From Spirochaetota bacterium (GTDB lineage Bacteria > Spirochaetota > UBA4802 > JAFGDQ01), in NCBI GenBank assembly GCA_034190085.1, contig JAXHTS010000072.1, forward strand, positions 3,010 through 67,009: DNA of 64,000 nt. Direction: 5' to 3'. Shown piece after piece: positions 19,126-28,708 of the stretch. A program made the position numbers and the translations under genes. The notes beneath the pieces were generated by a model that saw nothing but the letters and a program-made list of their open reading frames with translations, did no database searches and was not told the origin of the DNA. Numbering within the stretch: the stretch's first letter is position 1; every line of letters begins with the position of its first letter.

Positions 19126-20146
19126 TTTACTATTTAGGATTTTTTAGATTTGATCAATGGTTTGTAATATTTTTCATTTAAATTAAACTGGGAATCCTGT
19201 ATACGCATTGAATCTGAAATTTACACAGGCTTACTCCCTCATTCCAACCAGTTTTGATAGCTTATCTTACAGATTTGTTACTAGGATTAACATCACTCAA
19301 GCAGATCGACCAGTCGGTTGAAAATGTTTGATTAACTATAAGATAACCAAACTCAATGAAATAGTCAAATTTTCTAACTTGAATTAATTATAAAAAATTA
19401 TATCTTTAACAAAAATATAGTATTCATTCCAATTACCTCATGATTATTGTCGTCAAATTAAATCCTAACATTTACTTTATATATTCTATCAATATTAATA
19501 TCTATCTCACTCCAACTCCCCTTAAAATATTAATAAGAGTGTCGAAATCTAATTACAAATAATCAATAGTTCAACAACACAAATATTCTCATACTCATCA
19601 TTCCTCTCCACTCTACATTATCTTAATTATATGCAAAATTATGAAAAGATACTGCCTTGAAAGCAAATTATAGAATACTAATAACAATAATCTTAAAAAC
19701 AAAAAAAAGGATTTGACCTGATTCATTATAATCAAATACTTTATTTTAATATAATACAATAATACTCATTTGACAATTATGAATCTTTAATATGCTTGAT
19801 AGGGTTATATATAATTTAAGGAATAATCTTTCTCCCACATCTCTTATAAAAGAAAGGCCCTTTTTCTTAACCTCATATATTATGAAGTAACCTTCTTTCT
19901 TTATTGTTTTATTCTGCTTTTAAGAATATTTAACTACGAGTTTACTCTTAATGGGAAAGGGAAGTATTAATTTATTCATTATATATGTATGTCTTTACTA
20001 CAAAAGAGCATAATAGGATAAGCTAATTATCAGTTGAAATGAAGAATTACTCGAAGCGCCATATACTTCTATTAACAATGTATTCCTTTGGATATTTAAA
20101 AAAAAAATAAATAATTATCTTATCGCGTTTAAGTTAATACAAAGAC

Positions 20147-20175
20147 TTGACGTCATTGAAAATTTTGATTAATCT
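20147..20175 (+). promoter_or_regulatory. Candidate sigma70-like promoter (TTGACG-17 nt-TAATCT) upstream of the pfa-like operon
   Basis: TTGACG lies at 20147-20152 and TAATCT at 20170-20175, with a 17-nt spacer. It sits about 135 nt upstream of the GTG start at 20309. The -10 element is weak and the background is AT-rich. Confidence 0.2.
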
Positions 20176-20308
20176 AAATATATATCATAAAAATAAATAT
20201 ATATAACATTAAAGTTGGGATTCTCTGGATTATTGAAGCTATAAAAAAATCACTTAAATTCAAATTAGTCACAATTATCAATTTTTTATACAAAAGGAAT
20301 GAGGAATA

Positions 20309-21934
20309 GTGCAAACTAAGGAACTTCTCCCAATAGGCGCATGGATGCCAGACACAGCACCCCCTGCATTTACAGCCAATGACTTGCTTACAGTCATACC
20401 AAAAATTCGAGAACCCATTCATATTATATATGATAATTATAGCAGACGTTTAGGATTGGGGAGACGTGGACAGATATTATCAATAAACCAACACAACAAT
20501 TCTACCTACCCCCTAATGTCTACCCTCCCAGCACTATATCCTGAATGGTTAGGAGATCGATCCTTCTTAGAGGTACATCATCTCCGCTTCCCTTACATCG
20601 CAGGAGCGATGTTCCGTGGCATCACTTCATCAAAAATGGTGATACAAATGGCTCGCGCTGGAATGATAGGTTTTTTTGGGGCTGCAGGCATGTCTCTCCC
20701 TGAACTTGAGAAGTCTCTGAATGATATCCAGTCAGCACTTAGAGATTCTGGACTATCCTGGGGTAGCAATTTAATCTATTCGCCAACGGAACCGGAATTG
20801 GAAGAGGCACTAGTGGATCTTTATCTGAATCGTGGCGTTCAAAGGGTTTCTGCCTCTGCATTCATGGCCTTATCACCAAGCATTGTTCGCTATGCTTGCG
20901 CTGGTCTACAAACCGACCAAAATGGTCGAATACTTCGAAAAAATTATATCTTTGCAAAACTTTCGCGTCCCGAAATTGCCAAAATGTTTATGTCACCAGC
21001 GCCCAAGGATATACTCGATCACCTTGCTTCAAAGGGAAAAATAACATCAATGGAGGCCTCGCTGGCCAGCCATATCCCTATAGCTGAAGATATTACCGTT
21101 GAAGCGGATTCAGGTGGTCATACGGATAACCGACCCCTCACTGCTATTTTCCCAACAATTCTTGGTATAAGAGATGACGTAATGATCCATAATGAATATA
21201 CTCGTTCCATTAGAGTAGGGGCTGCTGGTGGTATTGGCACTCCATCTGCAATAGCGGCTGCATTTTCTATGGGTGCGGCATATGTATTAACTGGTTCTAT
21301 CAATCAGTCAGCAATCGAGTCTGGCCTATCACATGAAGGAAGGAAGATGCTGGCCCTGGCGGATGTAGCGGATGTGGCAATGGCGCCAGCCGCTGATATG
21401 TTTGAACTGGGGGTAAAGGTTCAGGTACTCAAGCGTGGAACCATGTTTTGCAATCGGGCTGCACAGCTTTATGAAATATATAGTACCTATGATTCCATTG
21501 AGGCTATTCCTTCATCTATAAAGTTACGCCTTGAGAAGGAGATTTTCAAAACATCTTTAGAGGATATTTGGTCAGAGACACATCGATTCTTTATGAGCAG
21601 GAATACCAAGGAGATCGAAAAAGCGGAACTGGACCCCAAATATCGCATGGCCCTTGTGTTTCGCTGGTACCTTGGCAATACAGGTCAATGGGCCATTGAT
21701 GGTGATCCTGCACACCGTGTTGATTATCAGATATGTTGCGGCCCATCTATGGGGGCATTCAATGCATGGGTTAATGGCTCCTTTCTGAGTGAGACAGAAA
21801 ATAGAACGGTTGTCGATATCGCCTTAAATCTTCTGGAAGGGGCTGCGGTTGTTACAAGGGCCCAACAACTCCGCACCTATGGAGTTCCTGTTCCAGGATT
21901 ATCATTTAACTATCAACCCAGACCTCTCTATTGA
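20309..21934 (+). CDS. pfaD: PfaD-family trans-acting enoyl reductase (2-nitropropane-dioxygenase-like) of a PUFA/secondary-lipid synthase
   Basis: 541 aa with GTG start and GAGGAA 5 nt upstream. It has the length and N-terminal extension typical of PfaD. The TIM-barrel FMN-type segments FPYIAGAM, GMIGFFGAAG, VEADSGGHTD and GAAGGIGTP are present. It is the first gene of the operon, followed by PfaA- and PfaC-like genes. Confidence 0.88.
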   Translation: MQTKELLPIGAWMPDTAPPAFTANDLLTVIPKIREPIHIIYDNYSRRLGLGRRGQILSINQHNNSTYPLMSTLPALYPEWLGDRSFLEVHHLRFPYIAGAMFRGITSSKMVIQMARAGMIGFFGAAGMSLPELEKSLNDIQSALRDSGLSWGSNLIYSPTEPELEEALVDLYLNRGVQRVSASAFMALSPSIVRYACAGLQTDQNGRILRKNYIFAKLSRPEIAKMFMSPAPKDILDHLASKGKITSMEASLASHIPIAEDITVEADSGGHTDNRPLTAIFPTILGIRDDVMIHNEYTRSIRVGAAGGIGTPSAIAAAFSMGAAYVLTGSINQSAIESGLSHEGRKMLALADVADVAMAPAADMFELGVKVQVLKRGTMFCNRAAQLYEIYSTYDSIEAIPSSIKLRLEKEIFKTSLEDIWSETHRFFMSRNTKEIEKAELDPKYRMALVFRWYLGNTGQWAIDGDPAHRVDYQICCGPSMGAFNAWVNGSFLSETENRTVVDIALNLLEGAAVVTRAQQLRTYGVPVPGLSFNYQPRPLY

Positions 21935-21961
21935 AAATTGAATTACTAGGAGATTATATTA

Positions 21962-24900
21962 ATGTCTAAACGAAAAGAGACTACTGGCAGATTGAATAAA
22001 AAAAATAAAACAGCAAAACCAAAAATATCCCCAATTGCAATAGTAGGTATAGGCGCGTTCTTCCCAGGCTCCAAAGATGCTTGTGGTTATTGGAGAGATA
22101 TATTAACTGGGAGGGATATGATAACAGAAATACCACCGACACACTGGCTCATAGATGACTGCTATGACCCAGATCCACTTGCGCCAGATAAGACATACTG
22201 TAAAACTGGGGCATTCCTATCCCCAATAGATTTTGATCCTATTGAGTTTGGCATTCCACCCACAAATCTTGCCAGCACTGACACCTCCCAATTGTTGGCT
22301 CTCATTGTGGCAAAACAGGTTTTAGAAGACGCAGCACAGGGGCAATTCAGCAAAATGGACCGCGATCGCATCAGTGTTATAATAGGAGTAGCCGCTGGAC
22401 TGGAGCTACTCGGAGAGATGGCAAGCAGGTTAGGCAGACCAATCTGGATAAAAGCACTAAGGGAGGAGGGTATCGCAGAGGATCAGGCTCAAATTATTTG
22501 TAATAAAATTACAGACAATTATCAGGAATGGAAAGAGAGCACCTTCCCTGGATTACTGGGGAATGTTGTTGCAGGACGCATCGCCAATCACTTCGATATT
22601 GGAGGCACTAACTGCACATCCGACTCTGCTTGTGCAAGTTCATTTTCAGCACTCTCTATGGCGCTTAATGAACTCTGGATGAGACAATCTGACCTTGTTA
22701 TTACCGGAGGCGTTGATACAACGAATGATCCCTTCCTGTATGTCAGCTTCAGCAAAACGCCAGCGCTCTCCCGCACCGGTGATTGTCGCCCCTTTTCGGA
22801 AGATTCCGATGGTATGGTACTTGGTGAAGGTCTTGGGATGATAGCGCTAAAACGACTAGAGGACGCTGAACGCGATGGGGATAGGATATATGCGATAATT
22901 AGAGGGATTGGAACATCATCCGATGGGAGTGGCACAAGCATATACTCCCCCTTACCAAAGGGACAAGCAAAGGCATTACGGAGATGCTATGATGCAGCAG
23001 GATATAGTCCATCAACAGTGGAATTGATAGAGGCACATGGGACAGGGACTTTGGCAGGTGATGTGGTTGAAGTTGAGGCGCTTAGCATGATCTTTGATGA
23101 AACTGCTCGAGAAGACCGGCAATGGTGCGCTCTTGGATCGGTCAAGTCTCAGATCGGACATACGAAGAGCGCGGCAGCGGCTGCAGGCATAATAAAAGCG
23201 ATCATGGCTCTACACAACAAGATCCTTCCACCAACCATAAAGGTAAAGAAACCTGATCCCAAATTAAATATAGAGAATTCGCCATTTTATCTCAATACTG
23301 AGACTCGCCCATGGATAAGGGATGATTCATATCCCAGAAGGGCATCCGTTAGCTCATTCGGTTTTGGAGGAACCAATTTTCATGTAACAATGGAAGAATA
23401 CAGAGGATCAGGTAAACGCGCATGGCGTCATCGCACATTCCCAAACGAGTTATTTCTTTTAAGCGCAAAAGACGTGAGCAGCCTAATAAAACAATGTCAA
23501 GACACTATTACGAATCTTGATGAAGAGGGCATCTTTCTATACATTGTCAAAAATAGTCAGATAGAATTCAAACATGAACTACCAGCGAAACTGGCTATCA
23601 TATCGACCGATGAAAATGATCTTAAAGCAAAGATTAACCAATCTATAGATGCCATCCCAACAAATGGAAGCAATCCCTTATATTTACCCAATGGAATATA
23701 CTATAATATGCAGGATACCAAACCAGGCCCCATTGCTTTTCTCTTCCCAGGTCAGGGAAGCCAATACCTTGGCATGGGAGCAGAGCTGGCTATGTATATA
23801 GATGATGTTAGGGAGATATGGGATCTATCCGCATCAATCCCAATGGATGGCGAAAACTCTCTTCATGAGATCGTCTTCCCGCGTCCAGTATTCTCTGAAG
23901 ATAAGAAAAGGGAGAATATAAAAAGACTAACCAGTACTGAATGGGCACAGCCAGCTATCAGCACCATGAGTCTTGCAATGCTGGCGTTAATAAAATCTCT
24001 CGGCCTACAACCTGTCTGCGTTGGAGGTCACAGTTTAGGCGAGGTGACCGCGCTATTCGAGGCTGGTGTGCTTGATGAGATGAATGTCATTACCTTAGCC
24101 AGAAAAAGAGGAGAACTAATGGCATCCGCTTCAAGTGTACCAGGGAGCATGACCGCTGTCCCTGAATCTTTGGAAAAAATTCAGCCCCTGCTTGATAATC
24201 TTGAGAGCGATGTTATAATCGCTAATCACAACAGCCCTAAACAGGTTGTTCTCTCCGGTTCTACATCATCCATCGAAGTAGCAGAAGAAGCCTTAGCAAA
24301 AGAGAAAATTAAATCGAAACGGCTTCAGGTTTCGACCGCTTTTCACTCATCAATCATGAATAATTCCTGCGCACCCTTTCTGGAATTCCTTAAGGATATT
24401 CCCTTTAACAAACCGAAAATAAAAATCTACTCCAACGCTGAAGCATCACTATATCCTGACAATGAGGATAATATACGCGAAGTTTTGACGAAACAAATAA
24501 ATCATCCGGTACGATTTTTAGAACAGATTGAAGCCATGTACGCCGCAGGAGCTCGAACCTTTATTGAGGTGGGACCGGGCTCAGTTCTTACCAAACTCGT
24601 TAAACAATGCCTTGAGGGACGACCTCACCTGGCAGTAAATATGGATAATGCAACTGAGCATGGAATCACAAGCCTATGGAAGGCATTGGGACAGCTTGCA
24701 GTAAACGGAATTGAGATTGATTATTCATATTTATGGAAGGACTATGCTCCTAAAATTGATCCAAGGGAGAAGGAAAAACCGAAGCTTACAATCCCTATTA
24801 TGGGCTGCAATTATAATAGACCCTACCCTCCTGAAGGAGGATCAGATGCGCTCCCCAAACCAAATATTTCACCAATCCAAAAAAACAATATGCCGTCCAC

Positions 24901-27900
24901 TTCATTGAAGACTAATCCCGATGCAGTTAGGGACGCTAATATTGATATCCCAAATAGCTCTGACAACTTACAGCTATCATCAGGGAATATTGAAAATTCA
25001 TCTGCGAACCTCACAACTTCGCTATATTCACAACCAGAGGGCTCTATGAATAATACTGTCAAATCAACTCCAACAACCAATCAGTTGGATCATACGCAAG
25101 GCAATCCGCAACCATCTATTATGAATACAGACATATCTAATCGATCAGGGAAAAACAATTATGGCTCATGGATTACAGCCTTTCAAGAGATCCAGCGACA
25201 GACGGCTGAAACGCATTCTGCTTTCCAAAAAACGATGGCAGAAAGCCATATGGCCTTTCTAAAGGCTGCTGAAGCCTCAACTATCACCCTAAACGCAATG
25301 ATTACTGGTAATCCTATCCCTGCAAGGGAGGAAAGGCTAGGGAATAAATATCCGGAAATCCCAGATCAACATGAAATCAAACCGCATCCCTCTATTAGTA
25401 ATACTTTACCACAGAAGCCATTATCTGAATCCATTACTCAGGATATGGCAATCCCAACATCTGAGGTCAAAAAGCCTGTACCTGTTGATATCGATTTCAA
25501 GGAGATGTTACTGGACGTTGTGGCTGAAAAGACCGGATACCCAAAGGAAATATTAACAATAGACATGGGGCTTGAGGCGGATCTGGGTATAGACTCCATA
25601 AAACGAGTAGAAATTCTATCAGCTATAAAGGATCAATCCCCATGGCTGCCGGAGGTAGATCCAAGCGAGATGGCAAATATCAAGACATTGGGTGATGTCC
25701 TGTCATTCATAGAGGAATATGCTTCCGCAGCACCAAATTCAGTACCTTCGCCTAGCGTCTCAGTTAATGATAATGTTGATTTCAAGGAGATGCTTCTGGA
25801 CGTTGTGGCTGAAAAGACCGGATACCCAAAGGAAATATTAACAATAGACATGGGGCTCGAGGCGGATCTAGGTATAGACTCCATAAAACGAGTAGAAATT
25901 CTATCAGCTATAAAGGATCAATCCCCATGGCTGCCGGAGGTAGATCCAAGCGAGATGGCAAATATCAAGACATTGGGTGATGTCCTGTCATTTATAGAGG
26001 AATATGCATCAGCAGCACCAAGCGTAATACCCCCACCCGACGTGGCGGTCAACGATAATATTGATTTCAAAGAGATGTTACTGGACGTTGTGGCTGAAAA
26101 GACCGGATACCCAAAGGAAATATTAACAATAGACATGGGGCTTGAGGCGGATCTAGGTATAGACTCCATAAAACGAGTAGAAATTCTATCAGCTGTAAAG
26201 GATCAATCCCCATGGCTGCCGGAAATAGATCCAAGCGAGATGGCAAATATCAAGACATTGGGAGATGTCCTATCTTATATAGAAGAATTTTCAAGCAATA
26301 ATGACAATACTAAAGACAAAGATGTCTCTCCAACAGAGTTTATACTAAAGGATGAATCCTCGGAGACATCCTCAGCCAGAACAAGAATTAACAATACTCA
26401 ACAATCTGAAATCGGCAGATATGCCCTACGAGAGGTACCTGCTCCTTATTCCGGATTTTCAATGAAGGGATTATCCTTTGATTGCAGCGTGGCAGTCACT
26501 GATGATGGTAATGGCGTGGCTCAATCCATGATACACAAGCTCAACGAACGGGGGCTAAAGGCCAATATAACAGATGATATCCCTGACAATGTCGATATTC
26601 TAATTTTTCTTGGAGGTCTTAAAAAAATTGATGATGATGACTCCATTATTGCAGTGAATAAAGAGGCATTCCTTGCATCCCAAAGAGTCGCTGAACGATT
26701 TGCATCCTCAGGAGGTATCTTTATCACAGTCCAGGATACTGGAGGGGATTTTGGTCTCTCTGGTAAGTCTGGGAAGAATGTCTACCTTGGGGGACTACCA
26801 GGTCTTGTGAAAACAGCAGCCTTAGAGTGGGATAACGCCGCAGTGAAGGCCATTGATATTGAACGCGGTAGCCATTCGGATGAAGAAATAGCTGAAAGTC
26901 TAATACAAGAATTATTTGACGGAGGCCCGGAAATCGAGGTAGGACTTCATGCAGATGGGAAGCGAACACGTCTCGACAGCTATGCTGTTAAGCCCAATAT
27001 AGGAGATTCATCACTCACTGATCAATCTGTAATTGTGGCCTCGGGTGGTGCAAGGGGTGTTACAGCTAGGACACTCATTGAATTGGCTTGCCAGTTTCAT
27101 CCTCGTATTGTGCTCTTGGGAAGGACACCCTTAATTGATGAGCCATCATGCTGCAGAGACGCCATGAAGGATAGTGAGATTAAAAGATCGCTATTGGATG
27201 AGGCAAAATCAGAAGGACGCACAATCAGTCCTAGTGAGTTGGGCGCACTCACACGTCAAATCCTGGCAAACAGGGAGATCAGCTATACCCTAAAACGCTT
27301 AGAAGAGGCAGGAAGCAATGCCAAATATATGGCTCTCGATGTCCAGGACGCTTCAGCTTTAGGAAAAGAGTTAGAATCGATCCGACAAGAATGGGGGCCA
27401 ATAACTGGCATTATCCATGGCGCAGGGGTTCTTAACGATAAGCTTATTGCCCAGAAGACCTCAGAGCAATTCGACACTGTTTTTAACACAAAGGTTAATG
27501 GACTTCGTTCCCTGCTTAAAGCAACAGAAAATGATCCCCTGGAATTGATCTGCTTATTCTCTTCTGTTGCGGCCCGCTTTGGGAACATGGGTCAATGCGA
27601 TTATGCCATGGCTAATGAAATTCTCAACAAGATTGCCAATCAAGAAGCCCTCCGACGCAAAAATACCTGTATAGTAAAGTCGATAAACTGGGGACCCTGG
27701 GATGGAGGCATGGTGTCACCCCAACTCAAGTCTCATTTTACTAAATTGGGAATCCCACTTATCCCGATGGATGTGGGCGCTCATAAGCTTGTGGATGAAA
27801 TCCGAGAGAGAGATCCTCAAAGAGCAGAGATCGTTATTGGGCCTCCACCACCAAAGGGTGGTCTTTCCGTTAAGACTTCAAATAGGATGGAACTGAGATT

Positions 27901-28681
27901 AACTGTGAGCAATTATAATTACCCCTTTATCAACAGTCACAAGATTGAGGATATTCCCGTGATTCCAGTAGTGATGGTACTTGAATGGTTTTCACGCGCT
28001 GCTCATCTCTTTTATCCTGATATGAATATAGTATTATGCAAGGATCTTCGTGTCATGAAAGGCATCAAATTGGACTCCTTTCCAAAGGATGCTCATAATT
28101 TTATCCTATCCTGTAATATTAACGCCAATGGAGGGAAATCAGTCCTATCAATGGAGCTTCATGGCATGGAGGGCCCCCCACATTATACTGCAACAATTGA
28201 GATGACTGATTCAGCCAAGGGAAATGGAAGAACCTCAACCAGAATCATGACTAGCAATTTAAGGCCTTGGTCCTTAAATTGCTCTGAGATATACAATGAC
28301 CAACTCTTCCATGGACCTGACTTTCAAGTTATCCAATCCCTGGAAGGAGTGTCCGACCAAGCTGCTACAGCAATTATAGTTGGGACGAGAGAGAAGGGTT
28401 GGCCAGGTGAATTATGGAAGACCGATGCTGCCGCACTAGATGGCGGATTACAGCTCGCCCTTTTATGGGGGGCTCATAAGCTGGGGAAAAAATCTTTACC
28501 CACAAAAATTGGCACCTATATAAGTTATCACGATGGTCTTGTTAAGGGTTCCTTACGTTGCGAGCTAAAGGGTGAAGTGATTGGGAAGGACCATACCTTA
28601 TCAGATATTTTATTCTTCAATGAAGAGGAAAAGCTTGTAGCAGAGATGTGCGATGTAGAGATGCACATGCTGCCCAATTAG
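21962..28681 (+). CDS. pfaA: PfaA-like iterative PKS/FAS: KS-AT-(ACP)3-KR-DH
   Basis: 2239 aa with AGGAG upstream. KS: TSDSACASS (~22620-22640), EAHGTGT, GHTKSAAA. AT: FLFPGQGSQY, GGHSLGE (~24026-24045), AFHS. Three carrier domains each carry LGIDSIKRVEI (25493-26290). KR: VIVASGGARGVTA (~27030-27070). The C-terminal PKS-type DH region has LFHGPDFQ. A conserved H-rich helix (THSAFQKTMAESHMAFLK) precedes the ACPs, as in PfaA proteins. Confidence 0.93.
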   Translation: MSKRKETTGRLNKKNKTAKPKISPIAIVGIGAFFPGSKDACGYWRDILTGRDMITEIPPTHWLIDDCYDPDPLAPDKTYCKTGAFLSPIDFDPIEFGIPPTNLASTDTSQLLALIVAKQVLEDAAQGQFSKMDRDRISVIIGVAAGLELLGEMASRLGRPIWIKALREEGIAEDQAQIICNKITDNYQEWKESTFPGLLGNVVAGRIANHFDIGGTNCTSDSACASSFSALSMALNELWMRQSDLVITGGVDTTNDPFLYVSFSKTPALSRTGDCRPFSEDSDGMVLGEGLGMIALKRLEDAERDGDRIYAIIRGIGTSSDGSGTSIYSPLPKGQAKALRRCYDAAGYSPSTVELIEAHGTGTLAGDVVEVEALSMIFDETAREDRQWCALGSVKSQIGHTKSAAAAAGIIKAIMALHNKILPPTIKVKKPDPKLNIENSPFYLNTETRPWIRDDSYPRRASVSSFGFGGTNFHVTMEEYRGSGKRAWRHRTFPNELFLLSAKDVSSLIKQCQDTITNLDEEGIFLYIVKNSQIEFKHELPAKLAIISTDENDLKAKINQSIDAIPTNGSNPLYLPNGIYYNMQDTKPGPIAFLFPGQGSQYLGMGAELAMYIDDVREIWDLSASIPMDGENSLHEIVFPRPVFSEDKKRENIKRLTSTEWAQPAISTMSLAMLALIKSLGLQPVCVGGHSLGEVTALFEAGVLDEMNVITLARKRGELMASASSVPGSMTAVPESLEKIQPLLDNLESDVIIANHNSPKQVVLSGSTSSIEVAEEALAKEKIKSKRLQVSTAFHSSIMNNSCAPFLEFLKDIPFNKPKIKIYSNAEASLYPDNEDNIREVLTKQINHPVRFLEQIEAMYAAGARTFIEVGPGSVLTKLVKQCLEGRPHLAVNMDNATEHGITSLWKALGQLAVNGIEIDYSYLWKDYAPKIDPREKEKPKLTIPIMGCNYNRPYPPEGGSDALPKPNISPIQKNNMPSTSLKTNPDAVRDANIDIPNSSDNLQLSSGNIENSSANLTTSLYSQPEGSMNNTVKSTPTTNQLDHTQGNPQPSIMNTDISNRSGKNNYGSWITAFQEIQRQTAETHSAFQKTMAESHMAFLKAAEASTITLNAMITGNPIPAREERLGNKYPEIPDQHEIKPHPSISNTLPQKPLSESITQDMAIPTSEVKKPVPVDIDFKEMLLDVVAEKTGYPKEILTIDMGLEADLGIDSIKRVEILSAIKDQSPWLPEVDPSEMANIKTLGDVLSFIEEYASAAPNSVPSPSVSVNDNVDFKEMLLDVVAEKTGYPKEILTIDMGLEADLGIDSIKRVEILSAIKDQSPWLPEVDPSEMANIKTLGDVLSFIEEYASAAPSVIPPPDVAVNDNIDFKEMLLDVVAEKTGYPKEILTIDMGLEADLGIDSIKRVEILSAVKDQSPWLPEIDPSEMANIKTLGDVLSYIEEFSSNNDNTKDKDVSPTEFILKDESSETSSARTRINNTQQSEIGRYALREVPAPYSGFSMKGLSFDCSVAVTDDGNGVAQSMIHKLNERGLKANITDDIPDNVDILIFLGGLKKIDDDDSIIAVNKEAFLASQRVAERFASSGGIFITVQDTGGDFGLSGKSGKNVYLGGLPGLVKTAALEWDNAAVKAIDIERGSHSDEEIAESLIQELFDGGPEIEVGLHADGKRTRLDSYAVKPNIGDSSLTDQSVIVASGGARGVTARTLIELACQFHPRIVLLGRTPLIDEPSCCRDAMKDSEIKRSLLDEAKSEGRTISPSELGALTRQILANREISYTLKRLEEAGSNAKYMALDVQDASALGKELESIRQEWGPITGIIHGAGVLNDKLIAQKTSEQFDTVFNTKVNGLRSLLKATENDPLELICLFSSVAARFGNMGQCDYAMANEILNKIANQEALRRKNTCIVKSINWGPWDGGMVSPQLKSHFTKLGIPLIPMDVGAHKLVDEIRERDPQRAEIVIGPPPPKGGLSVKTSNRMELRLTVSNYNYPFINSHKIEDIPVIPVVMVLEWFSRAAHLFYPDMNIVLCKDLRVMKGIKLDSFPKDAHNFILSCNINANGGKSVLSMELHGMEGPPHYTATIEMTDSAKGNGRTSTRIMTSNLRPWSLNCSEIYNDQLFHGPDFQVIQSLEGVSDQAATAIIVGTREKGWPGELWKTDAAALDGGLQLALLWGAHKLGKKSLPTKIGTYISYHDGLVKGSLRCELKGEVIGKDHTLSDILFFNEEEKLVAEMCDVEMHMLPN
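25493..26290 (+). repeat. In-frame tandem repeat, 3 copies with a 285-bp period, encoding three near-identical ACP domains
   Basis: Copies start at 25493, 25778 and 26063, each with GATTTCAA(G/A)GAGATG. By eye, copies 1 and 2 differ at about five positions over the first ~225 nt. They diverge only in the ~60-nt Ala/Pro/Ser linker. Copy 3 diverges after the ACP core. Confidence 0.95.
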
Positions 28682-28708
28682 AAATCATAGTGTTAGGAGC
28701 TCTTAAGG

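Noticed and set aside
25493-26290. Regular 285-bp repeats that could be mistaken for a CRISPR-like or satellite array, or an assembly duplication
   Set aside because: The period is exactly 95 codons in frame within the PfaA-like ORF, and each unit encodes a complete ACP with the LGIDS phosphopantetheine site. There is no repeat/spacer structure. Tandem ACPs are the norm in PfaA proteins.
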